A program made the position numbers and the translations under genes. Positions 20,158 through 30,957 of a DNA stretch of 64,000 nucleotides are shown in pieces; the stretch's first letter is position 1, and each line of letters begins with the position of its first letter. Origin of the DNA: an uncultured Candidatus Saccharibacteria bacterium (lineage in GTDB: Bacteria; Patescibacteriota; Minisyncoccia; Phycocordibacterales; CALRHW01); NCBI GenBank assembly GCA_964390845.1, contig CAYMIL010000002.1, positions 33,885-97,884 of the forward strand, given 5' to 3'. Under the pieces are notes generated by a model. It was not told the origin of the DNA. It searched no databases and worked only from the letters and a program-made list of their open reading frames with translations.

Positions 20158-20829
20158 TTATGCTTTCTTTGTGTCTTTTGCAAAAATATCTCCCTTGTAA
20201 ATCCATACCTTAATACCAATCTTTCCGTATGGGAGAAATGCTTCGTACTTACAGAAATCTACGTCTGCACGGAGTGTCTGAAGAGGAATACGTCCCTTCT
20301 TAAGCTTCTCTGTTCGAGACATTTCCGCACCGCCAAGTCGGCCTGAGAGCTCAATCTTTACTCCTGCGACTTCTCGGTTTGCCATGACCTTCTCAATCAT
20401 TTGCTTCATAACACGGCGGAATGGCATGCGCTTCTCAAGACCCTCAGATACCATCTGCGCAACGATAGGAGCACTCGCTTCAGGATAGCGAACCTCTTTT
20501 ACATCCACCTTCAATTCTTCTTTTACAGGAAGACCTTTCTTCTGGAGCATTGAGAGCACATCGCTTCGAAGCTTTGTCATTCCCTCACCGTTTCGGCCAA
20601 TGATAGCTCCTGGTCGAGATGTCTCGATAATGATGCGGAGTGTTTTTGAACCACGCTCGATTTCGATACCGCTTACAAAAGAACCCCGGAGCTTCTTATC
20701 CAAATATTCTCGAATAACAATATCGCTCTGGAGGAATTTCTTGTATTGTTCGCCCACGCCAAACCATCGAGATTTCCAATCTCTGATGATACCGAGTCTA
20801 TGTGCGTATGGGTGAACTCTGTGTGACAT
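20158..20829 (-). CDS. rpsC: 30S ribosomal protein S3
   Basis: KH domain and synteny. Confidence 0.95.
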   Translation of the reverse strand: MSHRVHPYAHRLGIIRDWKSRWFGVGEQYKKFLQSDIVIREYLDKKLRGSFVSGIEIERGSKTLRIIIETSRPGAIIGRNGEGMTKLRSDVLSMLQKKGLPVKEELKVDVKEVRYPEASAPIVAQMVSEGLEKRMPFRRVMKQMIEKVMANREVAGVKIELSGRLGGAEMSRTEKLKKGRIPLQTLRADVDFCKYEAFLPYGKIGIKVWIYKGDIFAKDTKKA

Positions 20830-20830
20830 A

Positions 20831-21208
20831 TTATTTTGTAGTATCTGTTACTGCTTTTTTTACCTTCTTCGGAGAAGCTTTTTCGCCGAGGACAAGTGAA
20901 ATCTTGCTCGTTCGCTTTCGAAGTGGAAACGCTCGTCCGTGTGCCATAGGAAGGCGTCGGTACATAATAGGGCCCGCGTTTACACTCACCTCTCGCACCA
21001 CAAGCACCTCTGTGTTGAGGTCGGCCTGCTTTGCATTTGAAAGTGCTGAACGAAGTAATTTCTCGATAGGGGCAGCTGCTTTTTTATCTGCAAACTGCAA
21101 GCTTGCGAGCGCGCGCTCAACACTCTTTCCTCGAATAAGGTCAGCGACAAGTCGCACCTTTCGTGGTGACTGTCGATAGCTATTGAGATGTGCGCTTGCT
21201 GTATTCAT
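20831..21208 (-). CDS. rplV: 50S ribosomal protein L22
   Basis: Sequence and synteny. Confidence 0.9.
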   Translation of the reverse strand: MNTASAHLNSYRQSPRKVRLVADLIRGKSVERALASLQFADKKAAAPIEKLLRSALSNAKQADLNTEVLVVREVSVNAGPIMYRRLPMAHGRAFPLRKRTSKISLVLGEKASPKKVKKAVTDTTK

Positions 21209-21218
21209 AACAATCTAA

Positions 21219-21560
21219 TTACTTCTTTGTATCTGTAGTAGCTTTAGCGGCCTGAGCAGCTGCAATCTCACCCTCTTTCTTCTTTTGCTCAAGCTCCTTC
21301 TGCATCTTTCCACCGTGCTTATTAAACTTTCGAGTAGGAGAAAACTCGCCAAGTCGGTGCCCTACCATGTCTTCTGTAACGAGTACTTCGATATGCTCAC
21401 GTCCGTTGTGAACACCGAATGTAAAACCTACCATTTCAGGAGAAATCTGGCTGTCTCGCGCCCACGTCTTAATAACGCCGGTTTCTAGCGGTCGTTTGCC
21501 CTCAATTTTTTTGAGGAGTCGTTCGTAGACGTATGGTCCTTTTTTAAGTGATCGTGTCAT
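21219..21560 (-). CDS. rpsS: 30S ribosomal protein S19 (with K/E-rich C-terminal tail)
   Basis: [11 protein letters not shown]... Confidence 0.95.
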   Translation of the reverse strand: MTRSLKKGPYVYERLLKKIEGKRPLETGVIKTWARDSQISPEMVGFTFGVHNGREHIEVLVTEDMVGHRLGEFSPTRKFNKHGGKMQKELEQKKKEGEIAAAQAAKATTDTKK

Positions 21561-21649
21561 TGATAGACAAAGATAAACAAAAACAGCACCTAAGCTGCGT
21601 AGCGACTATCATAGCCAAAAGGGCTCTAATAGTCAATTCTTTGCAGCGC

Positions 21650-22489
21650 TTACTTCTTTCCAACCTTGCGTCGGCTGACAATGAGGCGGTTCGAGTACTT
21701 TTTCGGAGTACGCGACTTCTGACCCTTACCTGTCGGCTTGCCCCAACGGCTCTTTGCGCGTCGAGTACCGCGACCCTGTCGTCCTTCACCTCCACCGTAT
21801 GGATGATCCACAGGGTTCATGGCAGTACCTCGTACTGTAGGGCGGATACCGAGCCATCGGCTTCGGCCAGCCTTTCCAATATTTACAAGGCGATTTTCAT
21901 CGTTGGAAACCTCACCGACAGTAGCCCATGCGGTTTCAGGAACCTTTCGAACTTCTGTAGAAGGCATCTTAAGGTCAACATATCCACCGTCTTTCGCGAC
22001 AACTTCCGCGAAACTTCCAGCAGATCGGACAAGCTTTGCGCCACCCTGAGGCTTGATTTCAATATTGTATACAAATGTACCAACAGTAATGTTCTTGAGT
22101 GGGAGGCGATTACCCGCTTTGATTTCTGCTTTTTCTGATGTGACAAGTGTATCACCTACTGTTACACCCTTTGGAAGAAGCACATACCGCTTCTCACCAT
22201 CTCGGTAAAACACAAGACCGATAAAGCCAGAACGGTTTGGATCGTACTCAACAGTCTTTACTGTATATGGAATATCCATTTTCTCGAAACGGAAATCGAT
22301 TTCTCGATAGAGACGCTTGTGACCACTTCCCTTGTGTCGAGTTGTGATGCGTCCGCGGTTGTTTCGGCCGACAGCTCGCTTAAAGCCGTGAGTCAAAGAC
22401 TTTTCTGGCTGACTTGCAGTCAAAAATTGATTGTATGAAATAGTCGTAAGTCCTCGGCGTGATGGCGATGTTGGTTTATATCGTTTCAT
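21650..22489 (-). CDS. rplB: 50S ribosomal protein L2
   Basis: Sequence and synteny. Confidence 0.95.
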   Translation of the reverse strand: MKRYKPTSPSRRGLTTISYNQFLTASQPEKSLTHGFKRAVGRNNRGRITTRHKGSGHKRLYREIDFRFEKMDIPYTVKTVEYDPNRSGFIGLVFYRDGEKRYVLLPKGVTVGDTLVTSEKAEIKAGNRLPLKNITVGTFVYNIEIKPQGGAKLVRSAGSFAEVVAKDGGYVDLKMPSTEVRKVPETAWATVGEVSNDENRLVNIGKAGRSRWLGIRPTVRGTAMNPVDHPYGGGEGRQGRGTRRAKSRWGKPTGKGQKSRTPKKYSNRLIVSRRKVGKK

Positions 22490-22495
22490 GGTCGT

Positions 22496-22858
22496 TTATA
22501 CTAGTTCGATCTTATCGCCCTCCTTGAGATAGACGTATGCTTTCTTCACACCAGACTTTAGACCGGCCTTTCCACGTACAAAAACACGCTTTGCGGGAGA
22601 ACGGACGATTCCAATTTTCACTGGAGTTACTTTGTATGAATTAAAAATTGCCTGCGCAACATCCTTCTTTCCAGCTCGGCCCTGTATCTCAAATACGTAC
22701 ACGTTGCGCTCGCTCTGCACGGTCGCTTTTTCTGTAATACGAGGCTTTACGAGAGTGTGTGCTGAGCTTTTTACAGATGCTGAAACAACAGCCGGAGCTT
22801 CAGTTGCCACCTTCTCTTTCTGTGCTTTCGTATTCTTTTTTCGTCCAAGCATAGCCAT
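22496..22858 (-). CDS. rplW: 50S ribosomal protein L23
   Basis: Sequence and synteny. Confidence 0.9.
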   Translation of the reverse strand: MAMLGRKKNTKAQKEKVATEAPAVVSASVKSSAHTLVKPRITEKATVQSERNVYVFEIQGRAGKKDVAQAIFNSYKVTPVKIGIVRSPAKRVFVRGKAGLKSGVKKAYVYLKEGDKIELV

Positions 22859-22863
22859 GGTAA

Positions 22864-23535
22864 TTATTTCTTAACTTCTGCTGTTCGAGCAATTGCCTTG
22901 ATTGATTCTTCGGGATCAGTAATCACAATGTATTTTGCATTTACGAGCTGCAATGGATCGATGTTTCGGGTTTCGCCAATCTCAATGTTTGCGAAGTTTC
23001 GGAAACTTTTCTCTGTGTTTACATCCTTTCGCCCAAGAGCAATATGAGCCGCGTTGCGTCGCTTTTTTGTAATAGACTCAAAGCCCTTGATACCGCCAAT
23101 AGCGTTGAGTACGTGTTTTGCTTCGCTGGTCTTTGGAGCCTTAAATGAAAGCGAGTCGATAAAGAGCACTTCACCGTCCTTAAACTTCTTTGAAAGAATT
23201 GTGAAGAGCGCCTTAAGCTTCATCTTCTTGTTGATCTTTCGATCGAAGTTTTTGTCATTGCGAGGGCCGTGAGCAACACCTCCACCAACCCAAATCGGTG
23301 ATCGTGTAGAACCGTGTCGAGCGCGACCTGTTCCCTTCTGCTTCCATGGCTTCTTTCCACCTCCGCGTACCTCACCTCGAGTTCGAGAGTGTGCTACGGG
23401 TGTTCGAGAAGACGATAGGATTGATGACACAACCTGATGTACGAGGTCGGCATTCCATGGCAAACCAAACACATTCTCTGGAAGTTTGATGCTTCCTGTC
23501 TCTTTGCCTTGCTGATTGTATACTTTAGTTTCCAT
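22864..23535 (-). CDS. rplD: 50S ribosomal protein L4
   Basis: Sequence and synteny. Confidence 0.95.
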   Translation of the reverse strand: METKVYNQQGKETGSIKLPENVFGLPWNADLVHQVVSSILSSSRTPVAHSRTRGEVRGGGKKPWKQKGTGRARHGSTRSPIWVGGGVAHGPRNDKNFDRKINKKMKLKALFTILSKKFKDGEVLFIDSLSFKAPKTSEAKHVLNAIGGIKGFESITKKRRNAAHIALGRKDVNTEKSFRNFANIEIGETRNIDPLQLVNAKYIVITDPEESIKAIARTAEVKK

Positions 23536-23552
23536 GATAATGCGTATCGTGA

Positions 23553-24173
23553 TTATATCGATCGGATTTCGACGAGTGTTCCCTTTCGGCCTGGAAGTGC
23601 ACCGAGGACGAGCACCTGGTTGTGTGCTGTGTCGATATCAACAATCTTGAGATTCTTGACGGTGATGCGATCGCCACCCATTCGGCCGGCCATACGCATG
23701 TTCTTTGGAACACGTCCTCCGTTTCGATTTCCTCCAGAAATAGATCCTGGTTCGCGCTCAGAATGTTTCTGACCGTGACTTCGTGGACCACCACCGAAAC
23801 CATGTCGCTTTACGACACCCTGAAATCCCTTACCTTTTGAAATAGCAGATACCTCTACAGCATCTCCCTGAGCAAATGTACCCGCCTCAATCTTGTCGCC
23901 AACCTTAAATGGAATCTCGGCGCCGTCCATTCGGAACTCCTGCACGTGCATGAAGTTGCCAAGGTCTTTAAAGTGACCCTTCTGTGCCTTAGAGATGTTC
24001 TTCTCTTTTCGAGCGCCGAAGCCTACCTGAACAGCTTTATAGCCGTCTTTTCCGCCGTCTTTTACCTGAGTGACGACCATGGGGCCAGCCTCAACAACGG
24101 TAACAGGAACTACCTCGCCCTGAGCGTTGAAGACTTGTGACATCCGTATTTTTTTTCCAAGAATGAATTTCAT
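23553..24173 (-). CDS. rplC: 50S ribosomal protein L3
   Basis: Sequence and synteny. Confidence 0.95.
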   Translation of the reverse strand: MKFILGKKIRMSQVFNAQGEVVPVTVVEAGPMVVTQVKDGGKDGYKAVQVGFGARKEKNISKAQKGHFKDLGNFMHVQEFRMDGAEIPFKVGDKIEAGTFAQGDAVEVSAISKGKGFQGVVKRHGFGGGPRSHGQKHSEREPGSISGGNRNGGRVPKNMRMAGRMGGDRITVKNLKIVDIDTAHNQVLVLGALPGRKGTLVEIRSI

Positions 24174-24241
24174 GCTGTATTTTCAAGCCATTATAAGACT
24201 CTAGGCAGGTTGTACCCTGCCTTTAGAGCCCCATACTACCC

Positions 24242-24598
24242 CTACATTATCTTTACGTCAATATTTACGCCCGACGGAAGACTGAGGTTCGTAAGCGACT
24301 CAATAATCTTAGGACTTGGGTTAAGAATATCGATAAGTCGCTTGTGAATTCTCATTTCAAACTGCTCTCGAGCATTTTTGTACACGAACGCCGCTCGATT
24401 GACCGTATATTTCTTAATCTCGGTCGGTAGAGGGATTGGACCAAGCACCTGCGCATCATAACGAATCGCTGTATCGATAATCTGCTTTACAGACAAATCG
24501 AGTACTTTGTATTCGTACGCCTGCACGCGAATGCGAAGCTTCTGGATACCGTCTCCTGCTTTCTTTGGCGTCTTTTTTGTGGCAGTTGCCTTAGTCAT
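24242..24598 (-). CDS. rpsJ: 30S ribosomal protein S10
   Basis: IRIRVQAYEYKVLD... ; immediately downstream of tuf. Confidence 0.95.
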   Translation of the reverse strand: MTKATATKKTPKKAGDGIQKLRIRVQAYEYKVLDLSVKQIIDTAIRYDAQVLGPIPLPTEIKKYTVNRAAFVYKNAREQFEMRIHKRLIDILNPSPKIIESLTNLSLPSGVNIDVKIM

Positions 24599-24620
24599 GT
24601 TGGTCGTTTATGAGATGAAG

Positions 24621-25820
24621 TTAGGCGATGATCTTTGTTACAACACCAGCACCCACTGTCTTTCCACCTTCTCGAATAGCGAAGTTCTGCTTCTCTTCAA
24701 GAGCAACAGGGGCTACGAGCTTTACCTTGAAAGTAACCGTGTCTCCAGGCATAACCATTTCTACACCTTCCTTGAGAGTCACGTCTCCCGTTACGTCTGT
24801 AGTTCGAACGTAGAACTGAGGCTTGTAACCAGAGAAGAATGGAGTGTGTCGGCCACCTTCCTCCTTCTTGAGGATGTATACTTCTGCCTCGAATTCTGTG
24901 TGAGGAGTTACTGATCCTGGCTTTGCAAGAACCTGACCTCGAGAGATGTCTTCTTTCTTAAGACCTCGAACAAGGATACCTGCGTTGTCTCCAGCAAGAC
25001 CTTCCTGAAGAGACTTGTTGAACATTTCGATACCAGTCACGACAGTCTTTGCAGATGCCTTAAGACCGATAACTTCAACTTCTTCACCTACCTTGATGCG
25101 ACCTCGCTCGATTCGGCCTGTTACTACAGTTCCACGACCTTCAATAGAGAAGATGTCTTCAACTGGCATAAGGAATGGCTTGTCGAGTTCACGCTCTGGG
25201 ATTGGAACGTATGTGTCGAGAGCATTAGCAAGCTCAAGAATCTTCTGTGCCCATTCGTCAGAATTATCCTTTGACTCAAGAGCCTTAAGGCCTGAACCTC
25301 GGATTACAGGAGTGTTTGCGCCGTCATAACCGTTCTTTGTGAGAAGCTCTCGAACTTCCTCTTCAACAAGGTCAATAAGCTCCTTATCAGGAACCATGTC
25401 ACACTTGTTAAGGAATACGATAATCTTTGGCACACCGATCTGATGAGCGAGGAGAACGTGCTCACGAGTCTGGGGCATAACACCGTCAGTAGCAGCAACC
25501 ACGATAATAGCGCCGTCCATCTGTGCGGCACCAGTAATCATGTTCTTGATGTAGTCGGCATGACCAGGAGCGTCGATGTGTGCGTAGTGACGAGTTGGAG
25601 TTTCGTACTCGTTGTGAGAAAGGGCAATAGTAATTCCACGTGCCTTTTCTTCAGGCGCCTTATCAATACCGTCGATACCGACGATTTTCGCGCTGTAGCC
25701 ATTACCCTGTCGTCCGAGGACTGAGAGGATAGCCGCTGTAAGCGTAGTCTTTCCGTGGTCAACGTGTCCGATAGTACCGACGTTCACGTGTGGTTTTGAT
25801 CGATCAAAATCTCCTGCCAT
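24621..25820 (-). CDS. tuf: elongation factor Tu
   Basis: [23 protein letters not shown]-motifs. Confidence 0.98.
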   Translation of the reverse strand: MAGDFDRSKPHVNVGTIGHVDHGKTTLTAAILSVLGRQGNGYSAKIVGIDGIDKAPEEKARGITIALSHNEYETPTRHYAHIDAPGHADYIKNMITGAAQMDGAIIVVAATDGVMPQTREHVLLAHQIGVPKIIVFLNKCDMVPDKELIDLVEEEVRELLTKNGYDGANTPVIRGSGLKALESKDNSDEWAQKILELANALDTYVPIPERELDKPFLMPVEDIFSIEGRGTVVTGRIERGRIKVGEEVEVIGLKASAKTVVTGIEMFNKSLQEGLAGDNAGILVRGLKKEDISRGQVLAKPGSVTPHTEFEAEVYILKKEEGGRHTPFFSGYKPQFYVRTTDVTGDVTLKEGVEMVMPGDTVTFKVKLVAPVALEEKQNFAIREGGKTVGAGVVTKIIA

Positions 25821-25922
25821 AGTTTTAATTTCTATTTATTAATAATTGCTTGTATATTTGACGGTTTTTATTGGGCATCTGAAGGCCACAAAACAAAAAC
25901 AGCGCAAAAAGCGATAACGCTC

Positions 25923-25950
25923 ATATTAGCAAACGGCTCATGTAAGTCAA
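25923..25950 (-). promoter_or_regulatory. candidate sigma70 promoter for tuf (TTGACT-16nt-TAATAT on minus strand)
   Basis: Reverse complement of 25945-25950 = TTGACT, of 25923-25928 = TAATAT; about 95-nt 5' UTR. Confidence 0.45.
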
Positions 25951-25987
25951 GTAAGCTACCCCGAAAGGGTAGTTTCACTCGTTACCA

Positions 25988-26971
25988 CTAGAGAGAATTG
26001 GGTGTCGGGGGACCGAATATTTCAGGTTTATGGTGTATTGGATAGCCTGGAAGGAATGGGAGGAGGGGGTCATCTATAACGATGGGGGTGCATTTCGGAA
26101 TACCATATTCAATGTTTACGCAAAAACACCATGCATTTTTATTATCTGGGCATTTCTTAAACTCATAGTATCCCCAGCCACCAGGCAAATCCTCCCAACA
26201 ATCATCTCCCAGACAAATTAATTTTCTTTTATAGCAAACAAAGTTATATCCCCCATCAGGAGAAAGTGATATATCACATTTTATATGCGGTAAAATCATA
26301 CCGTCGACAATATCAATCGTGCAATTACCAGACTCATCACAGACAATTGTCGCTCTATAGCAGATTTTTATACCCTCAACGAAGAAACACACCTGAAGCT
26401 TATCTTTACCCAATATCTTTACACAAAGAACGTAGCCATTAACGGTAAACTGTTGCTCCCCGGCAGCGCAGGAGGCACCTTCTTGGGGAGCTTCGTTGGC
26501 AGCCAGGTATAATTCTGCTTCAACGGCGGAAAATGTCTGGGATTGAAGGACTTCGAGGGTGTTTGCATCAACGATGCCAGTTTGCGGGAGGTCGTTCTTC
26601 TGCTGAAACTTTTTTACAGCAATCGCAGTAAGCTGACCAAACACATCCGATTCATTACGGGGAGAACCTGTACCAAACTGAGCAATCGGAAAACCTAGAA
26701 TATTCAACGCTTTCTGTATATCCCGCACACCTTCACTCACCACCCCCAGACCAAGGGGTGAAAAAGATTCTGTCTCCTGGGCTTTTTCTGGTTCTTGGAC
26801 CTTCACAGCTGGTGATTTTGTTCTCAACTGAGCGATGTTTTGCACTGAGGCTACCCAAGAAGAGCTTTGGTACTCACCACCCCTTACGTATGAGACAATA
26901 ACAGATAACAGAGCGAGAGCTACCACCGAACACAAAAGACCAACAACGGCCTTGAGGTTTTTGTTTTTCAT
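25988..26971 (-). CDS. secreted/membrane-anchored protein: N-terminal TM, PG_binding_1-like domain, C-terminal Cys-rich (about 20 Cys) domain
   Basis: MKNKNLKAVVGLLCSVVALALL TM segment; VRDIQKALNILGF...FGQLTAIAVKKFQQKNDLPQTGIVDANT matches the peptidoglycan-binding domain consensus; dense Cys in last about 170 aa. Confidence 0.6.
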   Translation of the reverse strand: MKNKNLKAVVGLLCSVVALALLSVIVSYVRGGEYQSSSWVASVQNIAQLRTKSPAVKVQEPEKAQETESFSPLGLGVVSEGVRDIQKALNILGFPIAQFGTGSPRNESDVFGQLTAIAVKKFQQKNDLPQTGIVDANTLEVLQSQTFSAVEAELYLAANEAPQEGASCAAGEQQFTVNGYVLCVKILGKDKLQVCFFVEGIKICYRATIVCDESGNCTIDIVDGMILPHIKCDISLSPDGGYNFVCYKRKLICLGDDCWEDLPGGWGYYEFKKCPDNKNAWCFCVNIEYGIPKCTPIVIDDPLLPFLPGYPIHHKPEIFGPPTPNSL

Positions 26972-26989
26972 ACACACAGTATACCACGC

Positions 26990-27024
26990 AAAAACCCCCA
27001 GATTTTTCAATCTGGGGGTTTTTG
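26990..27024. terminator. rho-independent terminator after fusA (CCCCCAGA-loop-TCTGGGGG + T5), bidirectional
   Basis: Seen directly; lies only about 18 nt upstream of the start of the Cys-rich gene. Confidence 0.65.
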
Positions 27025-27032
27025 CTGTTTTG

Positions 27033-29177
27033 CTATTTTCGACTCTCGACGATCGTCTTCTCGACGTTCGGAGGAACGATCTCGTAGTGATCAAATTCCA
27101 TACCGGCATTACCACGACCCTCTGTCATAGAGCGGAGCTGTGTGGTATACCCGAACATTTCAGACAATGGAACCATCGCGCGGATAACCTTCACACCACC
27201 TGGTCGGTCCTCAAATCCTTCAATCTGAGCACGCTTTGAAGAGAGGCTTCCTGTCACATCACCAAAGAATTTTTCAGGAGCTGTCACCTCGACTTTCATA
27301 ATAGGCTCGAGAATCACAGGACGTGCACGCTTAGCGGCCTCTTGGAATGCCTGAGAACCCGCAATCTTGTAGGCAATTTCAGATGAGTCCACGTCGTGGT
27401 ACGAACCGAATGTGAGTTCGCAGGATACGTTTACCATCTTGAAGCCAGCAACGATACCGCGATCCATTGCCTCCTTTACACCCTTTTCTACCGCAGGGAT
27501 AAATTCCTGAGGAATAACACCTCCCTTGATAGAATCAATAAACTCGAAGTCGTCGTATCGCTTAACGTTCTTAGGTACTTTTTCACCCTCCTCAAGCTTC
27601 TCCATAGGCTTAAGGGTGATTTTAACGTGACCGTACTGACCCTTACCTCCAGACTGCTTGATGTACTTGTGTTCTGCTTCAGCTTCGCCAGTGATAGTTT
27701 CCTTGTATGACACCTGAGGCTTTCCAACGTTTGCCTCAACACCGAACTCTCGCTTCATTCGATCAACCATGATTTCAAGATGAAGCTCTCCCATGCCTGA
27801 GATGATAGTCTCGCCTGTTTCAGCGTTTGAACCAATTTTAAATGTAGGGTCTTCGTCTGAGAGTTTCTTGAGAGCGATACCCATTTTTTCCTGATCTGCC
27901 TTTGTTTTCGGTTCGATTCGGAGGGATACCACTGGCTCAACGAACTTAATCGGGTCGAGAATGATTGGGTTGTTTTCGTCGCAGAATGTATGCGATGTCT
28001 TTGCGCTCTTGATACCCACAGCGGCAGCAATTTCACCTGCAAACACCTTCTTTACCTCTTCTCGCTTATCTGCCTGAAGGCGGACAATACGGCCAAGGCG
28101 CTCTTTCTCACCAGTCGTTGAGTTGTATAAATAGCTTCCCGCTTCAACTGTTCCAGAATACACACGGAAGAATGTGAGCTGTCCGACGAATGGGTCGTTT
28201 TGGAGCTTGAAGGCAAGCGCCGCAAACGGCTCGCTGTCTGAAGGACCACGCTCGATTTCATTGCCTGTCTTAGGGTCAATTCCCTTTACTGGAGGCATGT
28301 CTAGAGGAGATGGGAGGTATCGAACAACAGCATCGAGCACAAGCTGAACACCTTTGTTTTTGAGCGCAGAACCTGCGTACACAGGAATGAGCTTAACTGC
28401 GAGTGTCGCTTTTCGAAGTGCCGCATGAAGCGCATCCATTTCAGGCTCTTTGCCCTCAAGATACATGCTCATAAGCGCATCGTCTGTCTCGACAATTCTC
28501 TCGATGAGTTCTGCTCGATACTTCTTTGCTTCCTCTACATACTCTGCAGGAACTTCATCTTCACGAATAGTGTTACCCATTGTTCCCTCAAAGTAGAATG
28601 CCTTCATCTTGAGAAGGTCGATAACACCGAGGAAGTTTTCCTCAAGACCAATAGGAATCTGCATACGAACTGCATTTTTGTTGAGGCGGTCAAGAATAGA
28701 TTTGTATGATCGCTCAAAACTTGCGCCCATTCGGTCGAGCTTGTTGATAAAACAGATTCGAGGCACTTTTCCGTCGTCAGCATAGCGCCAGTTTGTTTCA
28801 GACTGAGGCTCCACACCCGCCACACCGTCGAAAACTACCACCGCACCGTCGAGCACTCGAAGGGAGCGCTTCACTTCAGCGGTAAAGTCGATGTGTCCAG
28901 GAGTATCGATAATATTAAAACGATGCTTGAAAGAGGTGTCCGCACCCATGAATGTCGGATTCCAGAAACATGTAATCGCCGCGGCAGTAATGGTAATGCC
29001 ACGCTCTCGTTCCTGCTCCATCCAGTCGGTCGTCGTATTACCCTCGTGCACCTCGCCGATCTTATGACTCTCGCCGGTGTAGTAGAGCACGCGCTCAGAC
29101 GTAGTCGTCTTTCCGGCGTCGATGTGCGCAATAATTCCAAAATTTCTAACTTTTTCTAGAGGGTAATCTCGGTTCAT
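27033..29177 (-). CDS. fusA: elongation factor G
   Basis: [18 protein letters not shown]-motifs; 714 aa. Confidence 0.98.
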   Translation of the reverse strand: MNRDYPLEKVRNFGIIAHIDAGKTTTSERVLYYTGESHKIGEVHEGNTTTDWMEQERERGITITAAAITCFWNPTFMGADTSFKHRFNIIDTPGHIDFTAEVKRSLRVLDGAVVVFDGVAGVEPQSETNWRYADDGKVPRICFINKLDRMGASFERSYKSILDRLNKNAVRMQIPIGLEENFLGVIDLLKMKAFYFEGTMGNTIREDEVPAEYVEEAKKYRAELIERIVETDDALMSMYLEGKEPEMDALHAALRKATLAVKLIPVYAGSALKNKGVQLVLDAVVRYLPSPLDMPPVKGIDPKTGNEIERGPSDSEPFAALAFKLQNDPFVGQLTFFRVYSGTVEAGSYLYNSTTGEKERLGRIVRLQADKREEVKKVFAGEIAAAVGIKSAKTSHTFCDENNPIILDPIKFVEPVVSLRIEPKTKADQEKMGIALKKLSDEDPTFKIGSNAETGETIISGMGELHLEIMVDRMKREFGVEANVGKPQVSYKETITGEAEAEHKYIKQSGGKGQYGHVKITLKPMEKLEEGEKVPKNVKRYDDFEFIDSIKGGVIPQEFIPAVEKGVKEAMDRGIVAGFKMVNVSCELTFGSYHDVDSSEIAYKIAGSQAFQEAAKRARPVILEPIMKVEVTAPEKFFGDVTGSLSSKRAQIEGFEDRPGGVKVIRAMVPLSEMFGYTTQLRSMTEGRGNAGMEFDHYEIVPPNVEKTIVESRK

Positions 29178-29208
29178 AATGAATTACGTAATAATTTGTA
29201 TAAGCCCC

Positions 29209-29268
29209 GTGCAGAAATGTACCTCGCGCCGTCGCGCTCGTAAGTCTCCGCTCAACACATTTCTGCAC
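29209..29268. promoter_or_regulatory. structured rpsG-fusA intercistronic element (12-bp stem GTGCAGAAATGT/ACATTTCTGCAC, 36-nt loop)
   Basis: Perfect inverted repeat seen in the 115-nt spacer between rpsG and fusA. Confidence 0.4.
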
Positions 29269-29292
29269 ACGGAAAACAGATAGATACTAAGT

Positions 29293-29763
29293 CTACCACG
29301 CAAAATGCGCGAATGCTTTGTTTGCCTCGGCCATCTTGTGGGTATTTTCCCGCTTTTTGACGGCCTCACCTTCGTTTTTGCTTGCAGCGATAATCTCGTC
29401 TGAAAGGCGGTTTGCCATAGGAGAGCCCTTCTTTGAGCGAGCCGCCTCAATAATCCACTTCATAGAAAGCGCGAGTCGGCGCTCTGGGCGAACTTCTCGA
29501 GGAATCTGGTAGTTTGCACCACCGACACGTCGAGAACGAACCTCCATAAGAGGGCCTGTGTTTTTCAGCGCCGCATCGAGAACTTCGAGAGGATCGGTTG
29601 TCTTTGCCTTATCTTTGAGTTGCTCAAGGGCATCGTAGACTACCGTACGAGCAGTCTGCTTCTTTCCATCAAGCATTACGTAGTTGATAAGCTTTCCAAC
29701 CTTCTCTGATTCGTAGACAAAGTCTGGACCAACAATATTTCGATTCTTAACTTTTCGTCGCAT
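29293..29763 (-). CDS. rpsG: 30S ribosomal protein S7
   Basis: Sequence and synteny. Confidence 0.95.
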   Translation of the reverse strand: MRRKVKNRNIVGPDFVYESEKVGKLINYVMLDGKKQTARTVVYDALEQLKDKAKTTDPLEVLDAALKNTGPLMEVRSRRVGGANYQIPREVRPERRLALSMKWIIEAARSKKGSPMANRLSDEIIAASKNEGEAVKKRENTHKMAEANKAFAHFAW

Positions 29764-29780
29764 AGTGAGATAAATTCGGC

Positions 29781-30191
29781 TTATTTCTTAGGTTTTTTAG
29801 CACCGTAGACAGAACGGCTCGTGTTTCGGTTCTCTACACCAGTAGCATCGAGTACGCCTCGAACAATAGTGTATCGAAGACCAACGTCCTTTACACGACC
29901 ACCTCGAATCATTACCACGGAGTGCTCTTGGAGGTTGTGGCCAATACCTGGGATGTATGCGGTGACTTCCATGCCGTTTGTAAGGCGAACTCGGGCGATT
30001 TTTCGGATAGCTGAGTTAGGCTTTTTTGGAGTCTTTGTTGTTACCTTTGTACATACACCTCGCTTAAATGGAGCGGCGTAGTATACGGGTCGGTTTTTAA
30101 TCACATTGAAACCACGAGAAAGAGCGACAGCCTTAGACTTTCGCTTAATTTTGCTTCGGTTTCGTTTTACGAGCTGATTTATTGTTGACAT
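29781..30191 (-). CDS. rpsL: 30S ribosomal protein S12
   Basis: [12 protein letters not shown]..., conserved PNSA region. Confidence 0.97.
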   Translation of the reverse strand: MSTINQLVKRNRSKIKRKSKAVALSRGFNVIKNRPVYYAAPFKRGVCTKVTTKTPKKPNSAIRKIARVRLTNGMEVTAYIPGIGHNLQEHSVVMIRGGRVKDVGLRYTIVRGVLDATGVENRNTSRSVYGAKKPKK

Positions 30192-30287
30192 GCCTTGTGG
30201 GCGAAATTAAAACCGCAACGCGGAATACGGGATACTTTAATATGTAACGCTAAAAAATGCAAGTGCCGAGCGCAAGACCCTGCTCCC

Positions 30288-30896
30288 CTAAAGCCCAAGG
30301 ATAAGCCGAAAGACCATCTCAACAACAGGATAGAGAAACTGCCAGAGGAAAAAGATAAAGATGAGCACAAACATAAAGCCATATCGCTCAAGGAATTCGC
30401 GAACCCTCCTCATGTGATATGGCAAGAAAGCAAAGAGTATTTTTGACCCATCGAGTGGAGGAATGGGCACGAGATTAAACACCGCCAAAAGAATATTGAT
30501 GAACACGAGAGTGGCTGTCGCCGAAAGAAGGCTGTCCGGCAATATACCGAGCGGACCAACAAACCGAAGCGCAAGTCCAAACACAAGTGCAATCGACAGA
30601 TTTGAGAGTGGCCCCGCTGCCGCAACAATTGCCTCGCCCCATCGCTGGTTGCGCAGGTTGTATGGGTTGTATGGCACCGGCTTTGCCCAGCCAAACACAA
30701 TCCCCGTACGGGTGAGCACAAAGAGTACTGGAATGATAATCGAACCCCATAGGTCTATATGTTTGAGCGGATTGGGGGTAAGGCGCCCTTGGAGCTTTGC
30801 GGTTGGATCACCAAGATAGTACGCTGCGTATCCATGGGACACCTCATGAACAACAACTGACATAATAAGGAGAAGTATTTCAAAAAGTGTGTCCAT
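30288..30896 (-). CDS. site-2 protease family (peptidase M50) membrane metalloprotease
   Basis: HEVSHG HExxH motif in TM helix; multiple TM segments; start trimmed to MDTLFEILL. Confidence 0.7.
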   Translation of the reverse strand: MDTLFEILLLIMSVVVHEVSHGYAAYYLGDPTAKLQGRLTPNPLKHIDLWGSIIIPVLFVLTRTGIVFGWAKPVPYNPYNLRNQRWGEAIVAAAGPLSNLSIALVFGLALRFVGPLGILPDSLLSATATLVFINILLAVFNLVPIPPLDGSKILFAFLPYHMRRVREFLERYGFMFVLIFIFFLWQFLYPVVEMVFRLILGL

Positions 30897-30957
30897 GGGT
30901 GGGTATGGCTTGCCAAATATAGGAGTTATGATACCATACGGTTCATTCAATAAAAAC

